A DNA stretch of 64,000 nt from an uncultured delta proteobacterium (GTDB lineage: Bacteria > Desulfobacterota > WTBG01 > CAIYCZ01 > CAIRTM01), in the NCBI GenBank assembly GCA_963804955.1, contig CAWDSQ010000022.1:32001-96000 (forward strand), given 5' to 3'. The notes beneath the pieces are model-generated. The model did not search any database, had not been told where the DNA came from, and saw only the letters and a list, made by a program, of their open reading frames with translations. The position numbers and the translations under genes are program-made. Positions within the stretch are counted from its first letter, which is position 1, and each line of letters begins with the position of its first letter. This document shows positions 53,963 through 63,134 of the stretch, piece after piece.

Positions 53963-55300
53963 AAAAGTATGATGTCGTCGTTGCCGGGGCCGGCCCCGCA
54001 GGCCTGACGGTTGCCGAAATTGCAGCGAGCCACGGGCTGTCAGGTTCTGCTTGTTGATGTGAAAAAGGACTTCGACAGGGTCTTCCGGTCCTGCTGCTGC
54101 AACCTGATCATCGAGCCAGGCACCCATGCTGAAACGGTCAGCTACTCAGGGGGAGCGATTCATTTTGAAAAAAATAAATTTTCCATGCCCTATGCCGGCT
54201 CGTTATTCCCCTGAAAAACAGCTTCAAAATTTCACCGTGCGGCAATACCCTGCAAATACATGGGAAAAGCCCTGAGGGCAATGTGGCCGTTTCCTATGAA
54301 AAGGAAGTGCTGCTGCAGGACATGCTTCGCGGGCGCTGCAGACTCGAAAAATATCAAAATTATGAGCGGCGTGCAGGCCCTGGCCGTCGAGAACCAGAAA
54401 GGCGGGGTTCGCGTCACCCTGCGCAGCCCTGACCGCAGTTTTACCGTTCAGGGGCGGGTGGCAGTTGCTGCCGACGGCGTGAATTCAAAAATTGTGCGAG
54501 AGCCTCGGGCTGAATGAAACGCGAAGAAAATTTTTCGCCCGCTTCAGCGTCGCCTCCTTTCACATGGCGGGTGTCGAGTGCCCGTATCCTGAGTCATGGG
54601 TAACGTTTGTCGGCAAGGGCCATACCCTGGGCGGCACGGGGGCAGCTCTATATTTGCCCGAAGCCCCATGCAAGCCAGACCGATCCGCCGATCTATGAGC
54701 TGACTATCGGCATGCCGTTTATCGGGAAAGTGCCGTCGGTAATGCCCGATTGATGAACTTGATAATTTTACGACAAAAAGGCGTTTTGCGTCATGGTTAG
54801 AAAACATGAAAATTGTTGACGTCCGCGCTGCGACGCTCAATTTTTACACGCCTTTGGTGAACCCTGTTGAGGGCAATGTCGTGGCGGTCGGCGATTCAGC
54901 GTCATTTATCGAAACCTATGTGCAGGGCGCGGTCATGTACGGCTTTCAGGCGGGCAAATGCTATTGTCAAGCACCTTGAGACCGGCAGCGGACTTGGGGA
55001 TTATGCAGCCTCCTGGGGGTCGAGCTTTGAGTACAATGAATCCCGAGGAAATTAAAAAGGCGACGCAGGGATTCGGGCTGCATGTGCTCAAGAATGAAGA
55101 CCTTGATTATCTGTTCAGGCCTGACGCAGGGCGATTTCGTCTCGGGATTTGTCAATGAGTTTTCAGACCCCGATACGGTGCAGAAATGCCCTGTATGCCC
55201 ATATTGAGCAGGTCAGAAGCGACCGGCCCGAACTTGCGGACGCTGCTGCAGAAAATGCGCGAGGTGTCGGTCCATGATGCTTTGCAGGTGAAAAAACGAT
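53959..55300 (+). CDS. FAD-dependent oxidoreductase, GGR/FixC-like, paralog 6 (heavily frameshifted; end approximate)
   Basis: Fragments MKKYDVVVAGAGPAG, FRSCCCN, VAADGVNSK, VGDSASFIETYVQGA, SDRPELA in successive frames. Confidence 0.75.
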
Positions 55301-55365
55301 TGAGGCTTCCAGCCTACAAGGCAGGAAATCTGCGATGCTAAAATCCGGAAATGTGACAGGACAGC

Positions 55366-56271
55366 ATGATTTTAATAGCCGGCTGCAACGGCCATGTCGG
55401 CAGAGAGATTGTCAAAAAGTGCGCGGCCCGAAAAATTCAGGCACGGTGCTTTGATATTGCTCCTCTGTGCGACGGAAGGGGTTGACGCTTCATGCCTTGA
55501 GGTGGTTACAGGAGATATTACAGATCCCGGATCAGTTCTGAAGGCTGTGCAGGGTGTTGATACGGTCATGTTTGTCATTGGCCGCAAGCGGGGGACAAAA
55601 AATCTGACCCATGAAATGGTGGAGCACGGCGGCATTAAGAATGTTATTGAAGCATGCGGGGGGGCGGGTGTTAAACATATCATGTACATCAGCGCGCTTG
55701 GTGTTGGCAAAGATGTGCCTGCCACCTCGCTTGTGGCAAAGTGGAATGCCGAGCAGAGCTTAATAAAGTCGGGTATTCGCTATACCATATTCAGGCCATC
55801 GGGGTACTTCGCTGATTTTGCTGAAGAGTTTGCGCCGCGGATTAAAACGACCGGCAGCTTTACCATTATAGGCCAGGGCTCATTCCTGGTGCAGCCCCTT
55901 GACCCGGCGGATCTTGCCGAAGCATTTGTGCAGGCCACGGACAATCCGCGGGCCATGCAAGCAAATATTTAAAATTGCAGGGCCTGAAAAGTTTACCCTC
56001 ACTGATATAATTCAGCTTGTCGGGAATATACTGAGCGTTCCGGTGAAAATTAAAAAGATGCCCGTATGGCTGGGAAACGTGCATGTTTTCACTCATCGCC
56101 CTTTTTACCGGCAACCCCGGCGCAAAGGATTTTCTTTACCGCATGTCCCGTGACAGCACCTGCACTGAAGAAGAGATGCGTGAGGTTCGGGAAGCCTTTT
56201 CAATAGACTTTGCGCGCCTTGAGCCATGGCTGCGCAAGCAGCCTTTAGCCTGCAGAAGCTTTCAGCCTTGA
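55366..56271 (+). CDS. Atypical SDR / NAD(P)H-binding protein A (frameshifts)
   Basis: MILIAGCNGHVG, GDITD, YISALG, AKWNAE, YTIFRPSGYF, VQPLDPADLA. Confidence 0.82.
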
Positions 56272-56315
56272 CAGCTTCTGCAGCAACAAAAAATATTTTA
56301 TCAAAGGAGATTGTC

Positions 56316-56815
56316 ATGCGATTGCAAAAACCGGATACACCGATGCAGCGCCGAGCAGCGGCTGGAGAAAATACTGCCCATGATGGTGAGCGACAGGATA
56401 AACCTCTATCTTGATCTGAAAAAAGTGCTGGGTGAGGAGAAGGGAACAGAAGTTTTTAAGAAACTTTATGACGAGGGCATGAAGCGCATCCGGAAAAATT
56501 TTCCCGGCGGCAAGCTTCCCATCGGCCAGCTTATGAAGCGGGAACTCATAAGCTTTCCCATGATCGGTTTTGAACTGCACATCGATCAAGGAGATCGAGA
56601 ACGGCGAGGAGGTGTATTACGAGCATCTCACGAAATGTCCGTTTCTGGACATGGCGAAAAAAATGGGTATTGCCGAGCTCCCCTGCGACTTTATCTGCGG
56701 CTATGATGTTGAAGTGGCCCTTCGCGACAAGCGCGGGCGGTGGGAGATCAAGTCAAGGATGGGTGATGGCGCTTCCGAGTGCCAGTTCCGCATCAGGGAC
56801 TGGAAGGACGAGTAG
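56316..56815 (+). CDS. ATC-hydrolase / V4R-like small Cys-containing protein (frameshifts)
   Basis: LGEEKGTEV, KCPFLD...PCDFICGYD...RMGDGASECQF pattern. Confidence 0.65.
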
Positions 56816-56869
56816 GAGCTCTGGGTAACCGAACGGCATAACCTGCAACCGTGCAGAGGAGGACAAGCA

Positions 56870-57049
56870 TTGATAAAGATAGATAAAGAGAAATGCTCCG
56901 GGTGCTGCGGGTGCGTTGATCACTGCCCGGTGGCAGCAATTAATGTAATCGATGATGTGGTGGTAGTGGATAATGATCTGTGCATGGAATGCCTGATCTG
57001 CACGAAGGTCTGTCCGTTGCGGGCGCCGCAGGAGACGGTGGAGGCATAA
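56870..57049 (+). CDS. 59-aa 2[4Fe-4S] ferredoxin (TTG start; absent from the ORF track)
   Basis: GAGGAGG RBS, then MIKIDKEKCSGCCGCVDHCPVAAINVIDDVVVVDNDLCMECLICTKVCPLRAPQETVEA*. Confidence 0.92.
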   Translation: MIKIDKEKCSGCCGCVDHCPVAAINVIDDVVVVDNDLCMECLICTKVCPLRAPQETVEA

Positions 57050-57086
57050 ACAGCAAACAGGAACACATATACCATAAGGGAGTACA

Positions 57087-58418
57087 ATGGCAGAATTATA
57101 TGATGTGATAATTGTAGGAGCCGGTCCAGCGGGAGCCATGGCTGCAAAGATCGCCGGGGAGAACGGTCTGAAGGCCGCCATAATCGAGCGCAAGACCGAT
57201 ATCAGCGCGATCCGCAGGATCTGTACCATGATCGTGAATGTAGATGAGGAGAACGTGGGAGATATTCTCACGTACAGCCACAAGACAAAACGGTTTATAT
57301 TTCCGCACAATGGCTTTTCCTTTAAATATGACGGGCCCACGCGCAACGTGTACGGGTTTCATATAATAACCCCCGGGGGCATGCAGGTTGAGATGGGCAA
57401 TATTGCCCGTGGGAAGGCTGAGGGAAATGTTGTGGGTCTGATGATCCACAAGGGGCATATGTGCCAGGGGCTGGTGAATGAAGCACAGCAGTACGGCGTT
57501 GAAGTGTTTACCAACAGCAATATCAACAGCGTGAGGAAAGAGGCCGGGTATGTGGCGTTGCTGGACAACCGGGGCAATGAGTACCGGGGTAAATTCGTAA
57601 TAGCGGCGGACGGGGTAAATTCACGGATAGCGCGGCTGCTGGGGCTGGACAAGGAGCGGGTGTTCATCGGGACGTACCTGGATATGGCGCGGACCTATGA
57701 GGGCTATGAGATTCCCGATGAAGAAAGACTGATGTTCGGGCTGGGGTGGCCAACGGGCATATCGCTGGCGCCGGAAATGACGCCCGGGTCATCTGCATGT
57801 GGCGGCGACGAGCTATAATTACGAAAACGATCTTGACGCGCAGATAGAGCAGTTTGTAACCACGGGCACGTATGCCAAGTGGTTTAAGAAGGCGCGGGAG
57901 GTTGGGCACCGGACAAGCTGCGTGTCAAATATTGCAACCCCCATTATTATGCCGTTTAAGGATAATGTGCTGGTGGTCGGGGGACTCGTCGTGGATGCAG
58001 GAGACGGGGATCAACGGAGCGCTTATGCCGGGATGGAGCGCAGCCAATGCGGTAACCGAGGCGATCTTGAAGAATGAAATCAATAAAAACGGAATAGCGA
58101 GCTATCTGGCCTGGTATGACAAGTTCTGGTACCAGCCCTTCGGGAAACGGATGGCAAGCAGCGGTGGCGCGGACATGAAGGATTATCTGTCAGGGGAGGA
58201 TATTGACTATCTGGCGGGTCTGGTTGAGGAGTCGATGCCGGCCACCATGAACTTTTTTACAATTATGAAGCAAATCGGGACGACGTTTGCAGCACTTGCT
58301 GCCGCGGATACAGGATGAGCGGCCCGACATCATGCAGAAGCTGCTGGGGTACCGGTCGCATCCGCGGGCGCTGGCCCTGGCTAAACGCCGCAACGAAGGC
58401 TGCGCTATCGTGACTTAA
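57087..58418 (+). CDS. FAD-dependent oxidoreductase, GGR/FixC-like, paralog 7 (three frameshifts)
   Basis: YDVIIVGAGPAG, RRICTM, IAADGVNSR, GDSSWMQETGINGALMPG, QDERPDI. Confidence 0.87.
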
Positions 58419-58518
58419 GCAGGCGGCGCTACGGGAGGTTTAGGCAGATTAATGTAAAGGTTTGATGTGCAAACCAGCAATAAAATTTTATCATAAACGT
58501 CATATGATGGAGCAAGCT

Positions 58519-58968
58519 ATGGATGCAAAAAAGGTGGATGCAATAATTGAAAGGCACAAGGCGGAGAGAGGCGCGCTCATTTCCATGCTGCATGCCATTC
58601 AGGATGAGGAAGGGTATGTGCCAGCGGACGCAATGAGCTACCTGAGCGATAAACTGGCTACGCCGCTTGGGGAAATTTCCCGTGTGGCAACGTATTTTGA
58701 CAAAGCGTTCAAACTGGCGCCGAAAGAGGAGCATACGGTCCGGGTCTGCCGGGGCACAACCTGTCATGTGAAGAAGTCGGATGAATTGTACAAAGAGATT
58801 TCTGACGAGCTGAGCAAGGACGGGAAAAGCTTTCGGTTTTCTTTGGGGCAGGCTCGATGTCTGGGATGCTGTACGTCATCGGGTCCGGTGGTGGAAATCG
58901 ATGGCGAGGTATACGAACAGGATTCCGCAAAAAGCACCATCATCAAACTGAAAGGCGAGATGAAATGA
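58519..58968 (+). CDS. NuoE/HydC-like [2Fe-2S] subunit, module 2
   Basis: LHAIQDEEGYVP, VCRGTTCHV, RCLGCC. Confidence 0.88.
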   Translation: MDAKKVDAIIERHKAERGALISMLHAIQDEEGYVPADAMSYLSDKLATPLGEISRVATYFDKAFKLAPKEEHTVRVCRGTTCHVKKSDELYKEISDELSKDGKSFRFSLGQARCLGCCTSSGPVVEIDGEVYEQDSAKSTIIKLKGEMK

Positions 58969-60693
58969 AAATAGAGACTATAAAAGATTTAAACAAACTC
59001 AAGGGTGCGGGAGAGAAGATGCTGCGGCCTGAAACCATCCGGGTACAGGTGGGGGCCTCGTCATCTGCTCTTTCAAAGGAAGCCGCTCAAGTCGGCGAGC
59101 AATTAAAAAAAGAGCTTGGGAAGCGCGGCATTGAGGCTGTGGTTGTTTCCGTGGGATGCCTGGGCCTGAGCACGCAGGAACCCATAGTGGAGGTGATTGC
59201 GCCGGGCAAACCCAAGGTCACCTACGGCCGGATCACCGCCGGAATGGCGCCGCTGCTGGCAGGGGCCATCGCAGAAGGCAAAGTGCTGAAAAAGCACGCC
59301 CTGTATCGAACCGATGAGGAGGAACTGCTCTGCAGCACAACCGGGTTCAGCTATGGCAAGGCATCGGCTGAGTTCAAAGGGCTTCCCACGGCAGGCGAGT
59401 TCAAGTTTTTGAAGCCGCAGGTGCGCATTGCGATGAGAAATTCAGGCCAGATCAATCCGGAGAGCATCGAAGAGTATGCAGCCAGGGGAGGGTATGCAGC
59501 GCTGCATAAGGCTTTGACGAAGATGGATCCTGATGCAGGTTATCGATACGGTTATCAAGTCCGAGCTCAGAGGCAAGGGCGGCGGCGGATTTCCGGCGGG
59601 GCAGAAGTGGAAGAGCTGCCGCGATGCCAGGGGCAAGGATAAATACGTTATCTGCAACTGCAGCGAAGGCGATCCCGGCATTGGCATGCACAAGAGCCTT
59701 ATTGAGTCCGACCCCTACAGCATTATTGAGGGATTGACCATTGGCGGGTATGCTATCGGCGCCCGGGAAGGCTATATCTACCTGCATCACGGGTACGCCG
59801 CGGGCAGGCAAAAGCTGAAAAAGGCAATTGACCGGGCAACGGAGTGCGGGCTGCTGGGCGAGAATATTTTTGGAAGCGGGTTTAGCTTCACCGTCACTTT
59901 AAAAGAGGGCGCCGGTGCGTATGTGTGCGGCGAGTCGACGGCCCTGATGGCATGCATTGAAGGCCGGGCCGGAGAGCCCCGTCCGAAATATATACACACG
60001 GCGGAAAAAGGGGTGTGGGAAAAGCCCACGAATCTCAACAATGTGGAGACGTGGTGTAATGTCGCGCCGATTATTTTTCGGGGCCCTGAGTGGTTTACAA
60101 AAATCGGCACGAAAGCAAGCAGAGGGACAAAGGTTATTTCCCTCACCGGCAATATCAACACACCCTGCCTTGCAGAAGTCCCCATGGGCACAACGCTGAA
60201 AACCGTTATCACGAAGCTGGGCGGCGGCATGCCCAAGGGCAGTACGCTCAAGGCGATCGGGATCGGCGGACCGCCGGCCGGCATGCTGCCGGCGTCGCTT
60301 GCCGATACGCCGATTGAATTTGACGCGCTCTGGAAGGCCGGGTCCATGCTGGGCTCCGGCGGCATGATTGTTATGGATGACAAGAACTGCATGGTCGACA
60401 TGACGCGCTTTTTTCTGAAGTTCCTCGAAGAGGAATCCTGCGGCAGGTGCTTTCCCTGCCGGGAGGGGATCAAACGGATGCGCGAAATTGTTGAAGGCAT
60501 CAGCATCGGGATCGGAAAACCGGAACATTTTGCGCTGCTTGAGGAGCTTATGGAGTGCCTGTCGCAGACGGCACTGTGCGATCTGGGCAAATCCGCACCC
60601 AATGCGGTGCGCTGCGCGCTGCGCCATTTCAAGGAGGAATTTGATACCCATATTGAGCGGGAAGTATGCCCGGCTAAACGATGTGCTATATAA
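58965..60693 (+). CDS. Divergent NuoF/HydB-like subunit, module 2, without C-terminal ferredoxin domain (frameshift near 59536)
   Basis: SELRGKGGGGFP, CNCSEGDPGIGM, GAGAYVCGESTAL, NNVET, GGPPAG, ESCGRCFPCREG. Ends CPAKRCAI*. Confidence 0.9.
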
Positions 60694-60721
60694 AACCCGA
60701 GAACTTTTAAGGTGAGATGCG

Positions 60722-61475
60722 ATGCTTAAACTAACTATAGATGGAAAAAATATTCAGACGGAAAAAGGGACCACCATTCTTACAGGCGGCAAAAGCTAAC
60801 GGGATTGCTATCCCGACCCTGTGCCATCATGAAGGGCTGAGCCCCCTGGCCAACTGCAGGCTGTGCGTGGTTGAGGTAACCCAGAACAACAGGACGCGGG
60901 TGGTCACCTCCTGCAATTACCAGGTGCAGGAAGGGATGCAGGTGGCGACCCAAACCGGGCGGATTGTCTCCATGCGAAAGACAATCATAAAGCTGATCAT
61001 GGGCAGATCGCCGAATGTGAAGATTGTCAGGGACCTGGCCGCTGCCATGGGGATTGAAAAGACACCGTTCACGCTGGAAAACGATAAGTGCATCCTGTGC
61101 GGTTTATGCGAGCATGTGTGCAGCGAGTATATCGGCGCCCATGCAATAACGTTCACGGGTCACGGGACCGGAAAATTTGTTTCAGCGCCCTTCAGCGTAT
61201 CCTCCAGGGACTGCATCGCCTGCGGAGCCTGTGTTGAGGTGTGCCCCGCCAGGTGCATTGCCATGAAGGATGTTGAAGATGCCAAGACCTATTATTGGGC
61301 TGAGTCTGAGACGGTAGGGCCGGCACGGGTTGTGTACAACTGGAATGCGCGGGTTGCGTGGAAGAAGTGCTCGAAGTGCGGAAACGCTTTTCCTCCGCCG
61401 TCGGTACTGCCGTACCTGGACAAGGGCGAAGCCCTGCCGAAGAAATTTTTTGATATCTGCCAGAAGTGTAAGTAA
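60722..61475 (+). CDS. NuoG-N-terminus-like Fe-S protein, module 2 (N-terminal frameshift)
   Basis: MLKLTIDGK, IPTLC...CRLC...TSC, CILCGLCEHVC, CIACGACVEVCP, terminal CSKC...CQKC. Confidence 0.88.
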
Positions 61476-61516
61476 AAAACATCCATAACCTGCAACCGTG
61501 CAGAGGAGGACAAGCA

Positions 61517-61696
61517 TTGATAAAGATAGATAAAGAGAAATGCTCCGGGTGCTGCGGGTGCGTTGATCACTGCCCGGTGGCAGCAATTAATGTAATCGAT
61601 GATGTGGTGGTTGTGGATAATGATCTGTGCATGGAATGCCTTATCTGCACGAAGGTCTGTCCGTTGCGGGCGCCGCAGGAGACGGTGGAGGCATAA
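61517..61696 (+). CDS. 59-aa 2[4Fe-4S] ferredoxin, same protein as 56870..57049
   Basis: Two synonymous differences only (GTA/GTT, CTG/CTT). Confidence 0.92.
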   Translation: MIKIDKEKCSGCCGCVDHCPVAAINVIDDVVVVDNDLCMECLICTKVCPLRAPQETVEA

Positions 61697-61733
61697 ACAG
61701 CAAACAGGAACACATATACCATAAGGGAGTACA

Positions 61734-63063
61734 ATGGCAGAATTATATGATGTGATAATTGTAGGAGCCGGTCCAGCGGGAGCCATGGCTGCAAAGATCG
61801 CCGGGGAGAACGGTCTGAAGGCCGCCATAATCGAGCGCAAGACCGATATCAGCGCGATCCGCAGGATCTGTACCATGATCGTGAATGTAGATGAGGAGAA
61901 CGTGGGAGATATCCTCACGTACAGCCACAAGACAAAACGGTTTATATTTCCGCACAATGGCTTTTCCTTTAAATATGACGGGCCCACGCGCAACGTGTAC
62001 GGGTTTCATATAATAACCCCCGGGGGCCTGCAGGTTGAGATGGGCAATATTGCCCGTGGGAAGGCTGAGGGAAATGTTGTGGGTCTGATGATCCACAAGG
62101 GGCATATGTGCCAGGGGCTGGTGAATGAAGCACAGCAGTACGGCGTTGAAGTGTTTACCAACAGCAATATCAACAGCGTGAGGAAAGAGGCCGGGTATGT
62201 GGCGCTGCTGGACAACCGGGGCAATGAGTACCGGGGTAAATTCGTTATAGCGGCGGACGGGGTAAATTCACGGATTGCGCGGCTGCTGGGGCTGGACAAG
62301 GAGCGGGTGTTCATCGGGACGTACCTGGATATGGCGCGGACCTATGAAGGCTATGAGATTCCCGATGAAGAAAGACTGATGTTTGGCCTGGGGTGGCCAA
62401 CGGGCATATCGCTGGCGCCGGAAATGACCCCGGGTCATCTGCATGTGGCGGCGACGAGCTATAATTACGAAAACGATCTTGACGCGCAGATAGAGAAATT
62501 TGTAACCACGGGCACGTATGCCAAGTGGTTTAAGAAGGCGCGGGAGGTTGGGCACCGGACAAGCTGCGTGTCAAATATTGCAACCCCCATTATTATGCCG
62601 TTTAAGGATAATGTGCTGGTGGCGGGGGACTCGTCGTGGATGCAGGAGACGGGGATCAACGGAGCGCTTATGCCGGGATGGAGCGCAGCCAATGCGGTAA
62701 CCGAGGCGATTTTGAAGAATGAAATCAATAAAAACGGAATAGCGAGCTATCTGGCCTGGTATGACAAGTTCTGGTACCAGCCCTTCGGGAAACGGATGGC
62801 AAGCAGCGGTGGCGCGGACATGAAGGATTATCTGTCAGGGGAGGATATTGACTATCTGGCGGGTCTTGTTGAGGAGCCGATGCCGGCCACCATGAACTTT
62901 TTTACAATTATGAAGCAGATCGGGACGACGTTTGCAGCACTTGCTGCCGCGGATACAGGATGAGCGGCCCGACATCATGCAGAAGCTGCTGGGGTACCGG
63001 TCGCATCCGCGGGCGCTGGCCCTGGCAAAACGCCGCAACGAAGGCTGCGCTATCGTGGCTTAA
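61734..63063 (+). CDS. FAD-dependent oxidoreductase, GGR/FixC-like, paralog 8 (duplicate of paralog 7; one frameshift near 62937)
   Basis: ORF 61734..62963 plus tail LPRIQDERPDIMQKLLGYR...AIVA* in the shifted frame. Confidence 0.88.
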
Positions 63064-63134
63064 GCTCGCTAAAATTCAATAGTAACAGAGCAGTGCAGGC
63101 ACAACACAGTATGTTACGCAGGGAGAGTTTTGAA

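Larger units (their letters stand above)
56837..58420 (+). repeat. Direct repeat copy 1 (RBS + ferredoxin + flavoprotein)
   Basis: Begins CATAACCTGCAACCGTGCAGAGGAGG. Near-identical to 61484-63065. Confidence 0.95.
61484..63065 (+). repeat. Direct repeat copy 2 (RBS + ferredoxin + flavoprotein)
   Basis: Offset 4647 nt from copy 1 at the start and 4645 at the end. About 20 differences by eye, mostly synonymous. Confidence 0.95.

Noticed and set aside
53959..55300. True pseudogene for paralog 6
   Set aside because: All motifs are retained and breaks look like single-base insertions as elsewhere in the window. Cannot be called without accurate reads.
59787..60651. Long minus-strand ORFs (281 and 250 aa)
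   Set aside because: Antisense shadows of the NuoF-like gene.
56837..63065. Duplication as a pure assembly artefact
   Set aside because: Copies differ mainly at synonymous sites and have distinct flanks. A strain chimera is not fully excluded.
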